Shown here: piece by piece, positions 24,301-26,906 of the stretch | Layout of the letters: the number at the start of each line of letters is the position of its first letter | Numbering within the stretch: the stretch's first letter is position 1 | From: a virus | Taxonomy: Duplodnaviria > Caudoviricetes | Virus record (IMG/VR): IMGVR_UViG_3300035190_001906 | Coordinates: 1 to 58,751 of that record | Direction: 5' to 3' (one strand) | Length of the DNA stretch: 58,751 nucleotides | Notes under the pieces: model-generated | The model's database searches: none | Seen by the model: only the letters and a program-made list of their open reading frames with translations | What the model was told of the DNA's origin: nothing | Program-made: the position numbers and the translations under genes

Positions 24301-24502
24301 TCCTGTTCCCTTCTTCCCCCCAACTCAATCTGAATCTGCGGGAGGACAGGAATTTAATATTAATTTGAACTTTGGGGATATTATCGTTCAGGGTGAAACT
24401 GGAGAGGATGTTTATCGTGATTTCTTGAATAAGTTGCGATCGCCTCAAGCAAAAATGGAAATTCGTCAAATTATGCGGGAATTTGTTGAGCGTATGAGGT
24501 AA
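320..24502 (+). CDS. Giant phage tail tape measure protein (8060 aa), TP901-family core
   Basis: N-terminal TP901/PhageMin_Tail-type core (FDDSMASVGAVSGAT...LASAGELDLARSADI...AGIQADKAGTAARSAFLRL); long amphipathic helical tracts with spaced W/F; typical TMP C-terminal motif GYATGGLVKGSGTSTGDRIHAKLSPGEYVIN. Confidence 0.95.
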   Translation: MEETDRYGLFAQYDFELTGASLKNMASVRSQLSGLEKGIARVADAVNKSDFGRGLESASRRAQKSTSKAGTEIDELAQSLKLAEKRLKPLKREFRALRAEIRNVDFGGVEDKGKFRQAAREVKNYVATLKTLESQIEGNTAAEREFAATLKAQQRISSSKLEMQMQQRTAALSAQRIGEFSALRDIGRNALIPINQEIDKGVNLFSAFDDSMASVGAVSGATGKDLEKLRQTAKNLGASTRYTSFQAAEAEKYLATAGFKTAQILGTVSNALELASAGELDLARSADISSNILSGFRLKAEQLSSVVDTLALTSASANTNIEQLGIAMTYAAPPASLFGASIEETSAFIGVMSNAGIQADKAGTAARSAFLRLASPVKQGKVALDSLGISTIDSSGNLRNFVDLMSEISDKLALDPETLKKIQMAGGDLELIENAIPDSKKIEALKGIFGTTGISGATAALTQMAEFKRLSLANLASSSNTDQITQYFSQMGVKVAEGQDIFTAIGEQAPDYQTAASLITQANSQLMQSNLQTLSSLQRNKLYEYFKVSKDKDLFTEITRSTQDSQESVSRLNTAMSYLGVEMKVETRAARQMAKTMEDNLAGSFRALASAAEAVYINLIEPLSPILRLVINGITKVLLVVANAPYPIRLLIGSVIGLTAAMAATAVAVGTVGFFLFSFSQAAATAAIASQTLASGLIPLTGFFQSSMLGFIGTNPLETFFQYNTELASDFSLAWKRTSQKTVGGLGGIYKAVVTVTKATFLLSRAFLFSPITLWVGSFLLLNAFIEQAIPGFNLLGSALSLVTAPLGFIWGLIKGIGQSLMEVLGIVGGGTIGVLAAPIHTFTNALNNALETFKSFSDRGEELGLYLGRSIVAPIENAAILIDTIWQQVLGGIQLVSMLAVMWIQGAWQGFVDRFKQILQPVVTIALTIAQQLINALNHNPTERIPEAWHKAVTLIKGYLSDLLKFAQDIGNRIAETGIAIATYFQNLIQSIANTVGVIGTVFRIVGKGISLLFKAFVFIETKAIQGIFLLGEATIWLYKTLFTVGLQAIDILKKTYDQAFETIQIFSSAFGYGEFSPDDRAIARQTLILGTLNSIGAAFGLVAQGGRKVVDVFYSINSLVTQSIEKFDLLTLALMTAASLPMTLIGMLDEAAHLIIPELALLTQPGLFKALVYAMPGIIATATATGITQGFQKGFTNAIAKLPDQLIGTVDWVHSLIPQDLRDEINFALSDVFNRPVDTSAVYTQTRGFLDNQFRSFTDYLQQVGQTIKESSIAFREFLKPFLEYDILGVAVIPALTTIIPAFQAFWEVLKAPSVAGILKYLTFTVLPALGQTILAIAEYLNNIRLIVMLPFVSVAVRMIQILTEKIQSLIPQISNLRKTLLALSKTLGVLAVQGIASFLRTIPYVGTFLANNFLLIVDVIATSFPIYINLLKRFISVDMLKALIPAYAKVVKGIATGIIYMFEQGFKPLAQLLFKALNPFGTFKLLGLYFKTQGFKGLIKTPQLLDVFGVLNFINPFDVLFSVSKNVNAFVKLFTNSAEFSYDMVLKKQTMLFQSLKTNSPAFYKYMRMGALIPLEELLEQSPALVKFFVQLTRGLMMISPIVQIVGRIALAFTVWYQILKPVNEEMLSAIAATEVMGYKLKLLADTIRVLRFLVVDGSDAFIWFAFFVPKAINAVVVAFRVLGDTAYYVLHDVISLGILGFNALKITVINPLVVALIGATVALRAFLTVVQYALIFIRLKTQQYGDAIHKGFGAVMQQIASDVWGVISFLGIQLSNAFVLITSAVHRTWKSLTGLVGAIAHEIYLILVDPVGEFNRLLILLVGEVNNQIERTGTLLDRLPFKSLIVLVQKYWRELMFAGGIALQFVKALNPAVRISLLLIDLALALVNEYETGFKRLDAIIQALSHPIALLDSMIKGLVSFLQGGFIPLDAADWISKFIAGFIKMIPVVMGGFFVVALLIKRDVGGAFQLVSDKVLLFIGRIIQAVDAVKSLGYSISRIYKGDLVQMNLLNTIHGVRSKDNFGPIQNPFAYSQDPVQQQYAVGIGDQRKQKAQALLSYQKELDYMARQEQKRAERELIRRAKTSHPDLMNPEHSFYMDSPDQPGVKVRMSGAQVEKRRNRFGIEGYQVTQLGRSVMGAANQGYNAFRYGESYEAEEARKQAAKKSGLASVYQQYHGHDLKPDHLARLSATTNDEENIFTRNSLAPLLRSFQDFFENIHVKDFKVNDFYVGRLIDTKLKSGMMTPKSLDYQVESFLNPPVGMASLSSNHQEVLKKYVPTASIPTPWEHSEMGVKGLYGLDASRFEVERERMIREYKERLIKSLDDPKYSRTHFFGTDMGSGIGTSNIGGGSVNQFSSVSNELTRELNQIISNAFGKINSGTDKETATRLIKEFQLEFQQYQAKMMANNLPSTHRDQFLDFTEANSRAITMGDNFSGGKIATGFDVITQGITNVRLSANRASGELTDELGATRKSLMSLIVESTGIPKMLESLNINNLLGRQVRSTERKVNRNNRQAEKFKRLALYHRETGLRAFLANKGHTDSNPDTALTNYGTANNVGEDTISVLKNWRQTGKFQRELSSKEQGHITDFSTTIRTQLERYNETQHLDNKVNDLNSLARMMNRLALDKTKPDFNSGHVQDLVKFLEHGVMADDAKGNGIIQKRLNEILLSINSALGTGGSDAWTSTMLEEIKGNIGRNKEPKDKDNLLKIIRQVMLSDKKFDPDKFFVRADKDAIAKEMGFRYESQLRKIGETKLANPIQQLKQSVRDYIFQFEENMLTFHLENIDTLGRAKEFLLRRLKLEKLPFGNIAGRLDSIINAYSSFADKIKDQYLRLKGTGKENLGKMSTFFNERINFKSSIDRAISKFKTAKSGNIEGFLEMVSERQKTKVTRRLLQANFYGQMLTSGVDQADARKAMLALYKRQGDSKTLRQEMKGFDLEDTTIASIEKVLSQITNLKQDEISRHLMDKQGLSLKGMMPIQFYIAQEIPGILKGLFKDVRAITGAAIKVSKIDKIIGKIFTDVAAGLQQTIAPKMSSFVFRQARILSGLSLSVSNIIRRTFGENVIEKWFVGLSKTLFDSSIKLRADIKILGKDSKSYTAKLLDAGQFLFKTLSNGIISAAKALANPKSIWISIQGFFGKVKNFFGKLFPKRPGTLAEVDQQIARNQMIKTRSERLMGSKNLGETQKAKANKLYQSSNRELDRLQAERFALTSTPEAIAEKVMGLSHKITQKQSTALRRKSQIEAVEKPLSGLVDPEYKKSAQAYEQLQEKHRRIREQFKAENKQLIEGDIGGDHRAIPATLDAKRKQNKEIKGMDSSIEKLVKDLNKLRAKGLNNKAPEYTEILSKIKDLGIKRKKASYGKMSPEEIIEYDNIYDEMEVRIKKLGQLSKQIQKLEKQNPNLKQHRKKSYANTVGEIESQRSTLKSNYENTLAEIEKLKEQKKLISGRTSPFLVFMTDLAVLTQKVGRNIVDLATNQKSKKIDLFKQTAKDFMKFKEKVTPLVNELFAELMQKGANATARLSQYFENVARRSAIAWRRSQREVEGKTWPGWLKAAYRVGKTLVMTLNHGTTDVISEAWGRTRIAATENMQQMVESAHEAGTGIQRGLGQSLEKTEGFFSRLKAGLMDWAFPVRKINRQIEALKPAHQAAKESYESQKVYTFKDERKKQQKFGKFNSLNLQIEQLEAQKEAQQMMNRLGRFMGGLFPGRQFKTPQQYPKLARIALKRFHRRFNNFFGGLFKAKSKHLQLPAMNFSSPRINVGQSMEDASRRVVLAWKRAGREIRGKEWPTLIKAASRVGKTLVNFLNHGAADVTTDAWGRTQRTTAHSMHQMAETAHQTGGQIQSTFERAINKTIHLFGLLGKSVGNVGRAGMAIGGVVSATGFAAQSVFYSLSNIGLIDEETSQSLYKVTELISIFGAVTGLGTPLIMAFTSSVSALGTVAATVGTAVMGLGRAMSLAVGLGASPFAPLVLGIGAVSLAVFGLYKAFNANFMGIRDIIQNTLVVPIEFIQSAWEGFVAKFGGILTPIVKPALDIAQHLINALNHNPTERIPEAWEGAKERIQGSLTGLVDTGYRAGNQLNQALDPTKAGERKHLAAVVKEKLTGIKFEDQGYLDRFKQWFSSLQESITSVFSQNLITNNKLDIQTELMQKQLKIQEFQQAQNLWKTLSNRDRNTKIQGFLESKDWFQSIKGAVNKTPLKSLGGTFAGKQLTKVGGFLAMTMGLSGGPLLSLSLGIGAVTTALALLYSVFADDFGGIRTKLEKVIGKITQLFVMSVQAIKSAWVGFVSWFFDMPLVQAALVIAKGLINALNHNPTERIPEAWEGAITRIKEMFGWLIAPAQAIASNLTNLFSPVTQWFSGLFKPKQSQSTPIQKHQLINKESRSISSNSIWELLVAKIGLLIIKITEIVKSLNTYNQKFTQFNQRLDEKLNALIQNLPERMQGKRKSNSDIYTAIGFAVALKTSGFMSAMLGLFNITKEIYGLLAKGTIQQGIRNYVGSEKFTNFRDKAKSVSSKIKPFQPLLPITSFLVPQVAPITGLLSTFVLVMEDLPGYLEKFGKFIPWIAGLSGALLGVVTVLEILTPHLNVLGVIAGGIGFIFRGISGVITGFTDTLRNFNKESSRGDLSQQSSFFSDFVQTAGKISALGESLGTKFGEFLAFAFVDPIQFIMRAWLGFSEWFSNLPLVGHALNIATGLINALNHNPTERIPEAWDVATNRISGMLGDTVTVAQKTGQQMTTALSSGVDTVKSGAIAVRDNSVKTVRNVFLGDMSPFADLLDNIFRDNLRFSTQQIFSVLVSVLGVQNQILAETRKVVEQAIAINTTIQGLNQTVSGFNTSIDNTTDKSILDEVTKFNTNLAVVQEYLKPKPVVAPERGEKVAKSNANWFDHLFNNPMSEQIALRQNQLIQEMVNNSKSSSLTLSSEFSKYVFKEEKTGKTELTKEGQIYLETKIAKEYRDHEGAFSKEFVQYFATKYGRTKEQVYQEGLQKQPIIKEAIKALPETQKSLTEKQSTPGNKIAGGFNPLGQEGFLGIGGNQKGWRMDQTIYNSGTTLGGVERDLTSAANYIKGFGGNLLTSTLDLFQGGEASIRDKVTQQVSARQNQLIYEMANNSISESSALRSEFSKYITRGQYGNPELTQEGQTYLEKKLATEYRDRKGAFSNEILQNFAGKSGKTADQVHNIGLQGQPIIREAIKALPEKEKSLAEKIAPQIDRVVQSIDQSSKILSGIIQSIDQTSKILSDILNEFKIPDEIKPLVEIPIQSMPQSQSQPKQSLWDNSTNFVADLWGKVTSYFDGYYAKTKVPYKNPQKLTEPSIPDFKNNIVPYRPKSVGDVVNPIIKEKTSKLIPVVQQKASQIIPAAQQAVSGLAERWQKHRKNEPVVDDLVTNAETEWDNKESWWEKNFKSIRKSWGLTSSTVSKGIDKLVAQAPDQGYELQKGLAEGSPGPTFYIRKYWKKTINQVTDWMGDLAGSAAKTGISLAQSMGVGTVKTAIAITPFVSEATKNEAIQSIEAGIISIQDRYDYLEAQGFGNLGVLFEPGAAQVTDALQLLGGDIADFAKRSVNALLTLNFGELAQASKDFGGNLAFALKGLTAGFNSMGLSAIAAGAAVLTGMAPAIITIGAIAFGAAVILANFLGIRSILKGIIQILVATGKIVFFTFMAAGRVLKGFSLILRGLFGDSELIKQGIAEIKDAFQVLGQQLKLEFKAIAQGFLSIGEGLKIALVQIFPFLKQPLQDLKQWFDEFWSVFALSPERAGRMAAEALIDFVKNIFRAFNNLRLSVISTWQKMMVWFKIQLWQAKDWVVEAFRKMSQLDFSFLQDIPNALLNGFKWVAEKIPTLFQGTGDGILSRILNPIRDGFNAIAQFVKGFSDRINEELQLVFPGWMKSLGQSIIPLFDTLSNGAQGLRDAIVNLGAQWVKLALGFDLPIGYPFFEFLDSLVQRFQSTVVTIEKAWLKFFVNAGKLEWNQITEDIGNTLKSGFKSLATSVGQLWNQFWSTVLEAPTLKGKVDAFMSNFSFLSILNYVDDVAIAFDRLREKVGQVTSWLSNLITTWNQVTDKAPKLKLDIDTASLETKANNLIDNVQGKWNQLVKFFENPKWPTARQTWQGLLDGYGWLRSQFRTITDWFGRTPEMLAPFFNQLKLGADKVGEFLFNMELQWVKLVLAFNLPLPMFYQLFEFINAIPKLFKAGVIQVETSWTWLANEIANLNWKTLTHVWNGFSKLFGLLGTSLDFAENKWREFQSYILTSPQLLAPIFEKLRNGLQGFSGLIVRLFERWKNFATQFHLPHLEGLFTPLYALSEIFQMVLTGIETRWEKFATWLGTTELFSYVLGGLKNLSYAFSTVTGFIGRHWNTLVEFLRSTQLLVHLGNGIVLLVEFVDNLSTTISNLKQRWNTFLEANETTVKRIKQAWEGFTTSFKTILKPIVEFALDIAQKLINALNHNPTERIPEAWRKAVEFIQGKLSGLLDFAKDIGKQLVFALVGKDNVTGFFTRFNKELGESNSVVTEIKSNLRALFNDVKTVFSNVLSAISEISAIGLPLIRIMLESIKTEYTVYFNSIVTLFKNTKTYLATSFTNVLTGIANSIKFDLLIASLGEVKTQVDELFRTLSGVFSSFGQALVNFKFGSGRILKFIKSFGETAVNAVSGLFSAIGQQLGSAATEIKSGIGLAFSGFITQLRTLRTGIETTLTSISEYFSKFGAIKDKFIGFISVVFSGIKGFISGIVDYFKQFFTELVAAKNVGEAFAIILGGSLKGILNTVNFLSSAFVQLASIILHPIQSIKKFGEVTGLTDLLKLSIEGLTNVFKTLISVVGFFIRLAVDGLVLILKITVRLFQAILDPITAFRDLDKGITSVVRSLGEAAPGLKPLLDILDFTRKILQDLTINFAKFSAGFGVGFVKGFIGEMENLYNALIKFKDPLMTISEAFGKIFSFITESVPKAFSEISKLFTPVQKVVTEVNNGLTAVAPATTAIANSISTVAPATTAIASGMSTVANSATTVANGVSNAATNITAAANAVQGITTGVTELGNSLTNVGGEIGQTTTAIAETAKQIINIFRIGEDLGRKFGSVSATAFTSVINVTRDLITVFADLLNKYAVPFLNTLARIAKFVAYFSKGLFTGLFTEISKVTPAFKEIGRAILKILGALKRLAPIIATAIAAFYGFNALSPVVDFIGHILNHFDLYPAAIALVTGAIGTLVLNFKNLFDTTKSYTEIAESLGNKIGEIFGGMVNLAIKSIQTIVSVIAEVLDAVSKIPNAILHPIETFESVMTGAGDVISDKFDGVTQGIGGKFQGMFNGIKKRLGLFVEETEVEGGSVEQNLSNDPPGPTYMIRKKWFEMLDMIGDRVEDFTSFTKKQGQKIQSAVTISPQVSLGDQTQSLRNQFGVIQQIQQAQADSVQNLGSNGLRGVLVSINSLMSNFSGQLKPSLFLLNEFVDAFVDIKTLLPSLQMEMINFGKAVAISNSIAAGTFSDLAIAMNSFRSSSLPMLPSSDRSNLPVLASPDRLNSYSSYSQSDVIDVEFRVLGTEPIPNISDGVQGLDGGLQGLRGTLISVGSLLSNFAPELATPLFVLNDFIDAFVDIKALLPTLEAGVLAWGNSIAASNSFVGGTFTLLKAAALKAYTTLLVPILPFLPIILGVIAAVGLFYLAFKSNFLGIRDLIYGVGWAFKKFFGDLFGGFFAAIGSIFTTIDREVRAIASVFGELVSTVISIFDPILKLFGIDVGNSVLNLSDVLSAVVNALLFPIRILVKSLNFLITTISWGIQLIVKSLIFTVNVIKTILSFTWELIKSILIIGATIGGIVAVLNFGAVLAGIVSAFATIAGLIGSISVIVSGIISGIVFVTPFLITGVASVLTMIGGAITGIAIAIAPILPVILLISGVCAVIIGVAFVIKKIFEGIWWVISSVINSISSIPFVGGLFGGQPKTEKPPGYATGGLVKGSGTSTGDRIHAKLSPGEYVINASSTKANLPLLDAINTDKASVISTPQIMASPTFAPVPFFPPTQSESAGGQEFNINLNFGDIIVQGETGEDVYRDFLNKLRSPQAKMEIRQIMREFVERMR
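3119..19678 (+). repeat. Five exact copies of LINALNHNPTERIPEAW plus two variants within the TMP
   Basis: Exact copies at about 3119, 12437, 13238, 14405 and 19628; variants LVMTLNHGTTDVISEAW (about 11009) and LVNFLNHGAADVTTDAW (about 11726). Codons differ synonymously between the exact copies. Confidence 0.95.
15011..15940 (+). repeat. Duplicated hydrophilic domain of about 112 aa inside the TMP
   Basis: RQNQLIQEMVNNS...SEFSKY...ELTKEGQIYLE...QPIIKEAIKALPE (15011-15349) versus RQNQLIYEMANNS...SEFSKY...ELTQEGQTYLE...QPIIREAIKALPE (15605-15940). Confidence 0.9.
21205..21370 (+). repeat. Tandem Ala/Thr-rich repeats (VAPATTAIA..) in the TMP
   Basis: CTGTTGCGCCAGCGACAACCGCGATCGC occurs twice 42 bp (14 aa) apart, followed by degenerate copies. 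Confidence 0.8.
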
Positions 24503-24510
24503 TTAAAATA

Positions 24511-24541
24511 TTCCGTATCTACGGGAGGAAATATTTGGCAA
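24511..24541. promoter_or_regulatory. Palindromic operator-like site TTCCGTA-N2-TACGG(G)A, copy 1
   Basis: 24 of 31 nt identical to 41578-41608; both copies lie just after the stop codon of a structural gene. Confidence 0.45.
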
Positions 24542-24543
24542 AC

Positions 24544-24590
24544 AAAAACCCCATCTAGCCGGATTTGCGCTTGGGCTAAATGGGGTTTTT
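24544..24590. terminator. Bidirectional intrinsic terminator between TMP and the convergent micro-protein operon
   Basis: AAAAACCCCATCTAGCC...GGCTAAATGGGGTTTTT stem with A/T tracts on both sides. Confidence 0.75.
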
Positions 24591-24595
24591 AGGTT

Positions 24596-24715
24596 TTAGT
24601 TTGCTGATTTCTTGTAATCAGAAACTTTTTTGTAGAGCCACAAGGCTCCGATTACTGTGCCAGTCCAAAAGACGGGAGCAGCGATTACTCCGACCAACAT
24701 TCCTAATAAAAACAT
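24596..24715 (-). CDS. Hydrophobic micro-protein D (39 aa) MFLLGMLVGVIAAPVFWTGTVIGALWLYKKVSDYKKSAN
   Basis: Translated by hand; ATG preceded by GAAGGA; one TM-like segment and a basic tail; below the ORF-track length cutoff. Confidence 0.7.
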   Translation of the reverse strand: MFLLGMLVGVIAAPVFWTGTVIGALWLYKKVSDYKKSAN

Positions 24716-24758
24716 AGATTTTTTTCCTTCTTGATTTATGCGTGAATTTTGGTTTTGA

Positions 24759-24782
24759 CCTGACAACCGAGGGGCTACCAGG
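24759..24782 (-). repeat. Intergenic hairpin repeat (CCTGGTAGCC-CCTC-GGTTGTCAGG on minus strand)
   Basis: 10-bp stem with CCTC loop, 8 nt after a stop codon. Confidence 0.85.
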
Positions 24783-24790
24783 ATTTTGAT

Positions 24791-24877
24791 TTAGCGAGTC
24801 GCGTTGTATGCGATTGCACTCATTACGACTAGCCCGATAAAGGCCAATACGTTCGAGGCGAAAAGTATGATTTCCAT
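24791..24877 (-). CDS. Hydrophobic micro-protein C (28 aa) MEIILFASNVLAFIGLVVMSAIAYNATR
   Basis: Start overlaps the upstream stop (TAATG, translational coupling); single TM-like segment. Confidence 0.6.
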   Translation of the reverse strand: MEIILFASNVLAFIGLVVMSAIAYNATR

Positions 24878-25026
24878 TAAACTTCTACGAACTGAGTTTT
24901 GCGTTGTTTTCCGAAAGCCTTCTCTAAGGCTTTTTGTGCGAAGTACATTAGCGTTCCCACGATGGGGATTGCTATGGGCGCTATAATTGCGCCGAATACT
25001 GCGCCTGCGAAAGCTGCTAAAAACAT
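24877..25026 (-). CDS. Hydrophobic micro-protein B (49 aa) MFLAAFAGAVFGAIIAPIAIPIVGTLMYFAQKALEKAFGKQRKTQFVEV
   Basis: AGGAGA RBS before ATG; hydrophobic N-terminal half and basic tail. Confidence 0.75.
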   Translation of the reverse strand: MFLAAFAGAVFGAIIAPIAIPIVGTLMYFAQKALEKAFGKQRKTQFVEV

Positions 25027-25069
25027 TTGATTTCTCCTAAACTAAAAATAGTGTGTGTTTTGTTCGTAA

Positions 25070-25093
25070 CCTGGTAACTGAGGAGCTACCAGG
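25070..25093 (-). repeat. Intergenic hairpin repeat (CCTGGTAGCT-CCTC-AGTTACCAGG on minus strand)
   Basis: Same stem-loop, 8 nt after the stop of micro-protein A. Confidence 0.85.
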
Positions 25094-25101
25094 ATTTTGT
25101 T

Positions 25102-25212
25102 TTAACGAGCTAATTGAGTAGTAACCAATCCAATTCCGATTCCAATTAATAGTCCGATGACTTGGTAAGCTACTAAAGCTGTTAAAGTTGCTGCAAATAC
25201 TGTGAAAAACAT
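25102..25212 (-). CDS. Hydrophobic micro-protein A (36 aa) MFFTVFAATLTALVAYQVIGLLIGIGIGLVTTQLAR
   Basis: AGGAGA RBS; almost entirely hydrophobic, with GxxxG motifs. Confidence 0.75.
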   Translation of the reverse strand: MFFTVFAATLTALVAYQVIGLLIGIGIGLVTTQLAR

Positions 25213-25255
25213 TTGAATTTCTCCTAATTGTTTAGTTTGTGTTGCGTGTGTTGTA

Positions 25256-25279
25256 CCTGGCAACTGAGGAGCTACCAGG
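25256..25279 (-). repeat. Intergenic hairpin repeat (CCTGGTAGCT-CCTC-AGTTGCCAGG on minus strand)
   Basis: Same stem-loop, 10 nt after the stop of the 333-aa gene. Confidence 0.85.
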
Positions 25280-25289
25280 GTTTTTTGAT

Positions 25290-26291
25290 TTAGGCTGCAA
25301 CCATTTGGTTGTTAGCCCGAATGTCTTTGACTTGCCGCTTGATGCGGTTAATCAAAACATTTTTTCCCTCACCTTTTGGGGTGTTTTTTGGAGGGTGACT
25401 GCTCACCTTCTGGGGAGCTTTTAGGTGCGAGTTTAACGCTGCAATCATTTTCTTGATTGCTTCCATGTTTAGCTCTGTTAGCTCTTTTGTTAATGTCGCT
25501 TCGTCTAAGACGAATAACATTGACAGAGGATGATTGATGTTTGTAGGAGGAACGGGACTAGAATCAACCGTTTCTTCAACTTCATCTTCATCTTCGATTT
25601 CGATTACAACAGGTGTAACTTCTTTTGTAGGAGTTGCGATCGCTGCGGGACTAGAATCAACCGCAGTTAATACAACTTCTGTTTCAGTTGTTGTAACTGG
25701 TGTGGGTGTTGCGACTACTGCGGGGGCAGTAATTACAACTTCTGGAGTTGCGATAACTGTTGGTTGTGTGGTAGCGAGATCGACCTCGACCACTACTTCA
25801 ACTGGAATCACAGGTGTTTTTTTCTTTGAACTTACCAGGCTTAAAGCCCAGGTCAAGAGTTCAAAGGAAAGAATTTGGACAGCGCAAGCACCTATGTTTG
25901 CCAGGAGAATTACTCCTAGTTCTGCCACTCCTCCCGCTTGCCACATCGAGACGATCAAGGCGATCATTCCGCTTGTGGATATCAGGGTGTAACAGGCATA
26001 GTTGAATGCTACGAATGCAGCAACAACTGTTACTGCATAAACCGCTTTTATTGTCGCTATTGCGACTTTTTTGGCGATTTGGAAGGCTTGTTTTAGTGTT
26101 TTCTTTACAAAACCTTCTTTTTCTTCAGTTTGAGCTTCGGTTTTATTTGCAACTTGTTCTACCACTTGTGGAGGGACGGCGGATTCAACCACTTGTGGTT
26201 TTACTCCGAAAATCCCACCTACAAAGGCGACAATCTTGCTAACGACTTTTTTGCCGAAAGACTGAAAATTTGAAATAATAGATTTGAACAT
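25290..26291 (-). CDS. Hypothetical membrane protein (2-3 TM segments, Pro/Thr/Val-rich linker, small helical C-terminal domain possibly Rho_N/HeH-like)
   Basis: AGGAGAG RBS; hydrophobic stretch at about aa 78-153; low-complexity linker; C-terminal LTELNMEAIKKMIAALN...KNVLINRIK. Confidence 0.75.
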   Translation of the reverse strand: MFKSIISNFQSFGKKVVSKIVAFVGGIFGVKPQVVESAVPPQVVEQVANKTEAQTEEKEGFVKKTLKQAFQIAKKVAIATIKAVYAVTVVAAFVAFNYACYTLISTSGMIALIVSMWQAGGVAELGVILLANIGACAVQILSFELLTWALSLVSSKKKTPVIPVEVVVEVDLATTQPTVIATPEVVITAPAVVATPTPVTTTETEVVLTAVDSSPAAIATPTKEVTPVVIEIEDEDEVEETVDSSPVPPTNINHPLSMLFVLDEATLTKELTELNMEAIKKMIAALNSHLKAPQKVSSHPPKNTPKGEGKNVLINRIKRQVKDIRANNQMVAA

Positions 26292-26366
26292 TTCTGCTCT
26301 CCTTGTTTATTGTTGATTAGGAAGTAACAAATATTTTGTGGAGATTTGTTCTTTTCCTATATCATT

Positions 26367-26395
26367 AATATAACAAATTCTTATATAAAAGTCAA
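26367..26395 (-). promoter_or_regulatory. Sigma70-type promoter TTGACT-N17-TATATT for the 333-aa/micro-protein operon
   Basis: Near-consensus hexamers with 17-bp spacing. Confidence 0.65.
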
Positions 26396-26463
26396 GTATT
26401 TTATCACATTTTTATCAAATAAATCAATGTTTTTAATGTTAATTATTTGTTGTTTAGAACCCA

Positions 26464-26506
26464 TTGACTTTTAATATTATTGATAGTAAAATTCTATAGT
26501 TGAGTT
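26464..26506 (+). promoter_or_regulatory. Sigma70-type promoter TTGACT-N17-TAAAAT-N6-GTTGAGTT (motif copy 2)
   Basis: Near-consensus hexamers with 17-bp spacing; divergent from the promoter at 26367-26395. Confidence 0.7.
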
Positions 26507-26518
26507 AAAATAAATCAA

Positions 26519-26857
26519 ATGACCAAAAAAATTTATCGATCTGAAATTTACGAGATTCTAAAGCTACAAAAAAGATTACCTGGTATTATTTCCCAAGTAA
26601 AAGAAATCATGGAGAGTCTTGTAGATTATCCGTTTTCAGAATTAAAAAGTTCTAGTTCTGCCGGAGATCATTGCCTCAGAACATTTCATTTAGCGCATAA
26701 TATTACTTGTTCGCTAAACCACCTCAATGACAATATTAACTATATAAATGATATTGCCAAAGATGAGGACGAGGACGAGGATGAGGATGAAGATGATGAT
26801 GACGAGGACGAGGACGAGGATGAAGATGACGAGGACGAGGATGAAGATGACGAGTAA
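26519..26857 (+). CDS. Small helical protein with a 31-residue pure Asp/Glu C-terminal tail
   Basis: ORF has its own promoter and terminator; GAN codon run at 26762-26854. Confidence 0.75.
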   Translation: MTKKIYRSEIYEILKLQKRLPGIISQVKEIMESLVDYPFSELKSSSSAGDHCLRTFHLAHNITCSLNHLNDNINYINDIAKDEDEDEDEDEDDDDEDEDEDEDDEDEDEDDE

Positions 26858-26870
26858 ATAAAAATAGATC

Positions 26871-26906
26871 AAAAAAAGACCCGCTAAATTATAGCGGGTC
26901 TTTTTT
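26871..26906. terminator. Bidirectional intrinsic terminator
   Basis: AAAAAAAGACCCGCTA-aatta-TAGCGGGTCTTTTTT between convergent genes. Confidence 0.85.

Noticed and set aside
2566-24469. Numerous 60-231 aa ORFs antisense to or nested within the TMP gene
   Set aside because: Shadow ORFs expected from the codon bias of a long hydrophobic gene; no RBS or motif support.
24759-25279. Three 24-nt palindromic repeats as a CRISPR array or integron attC sites
   Set aside because: The intervals are 287 and 162 bp and contain ORFs with RBSs; no cas or integrase gene is visible; no RYYYAAC/GTTRRRY core sites.
24804-26242. Plus-strand ORFs 24804..24986, 25239..25424, 25534..25992, 25814..26005 and 26006..26242
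   Set aside because: They are antisense to the minus-strand operon, which has a promoter, RBSs and coherent hydrophobic products.
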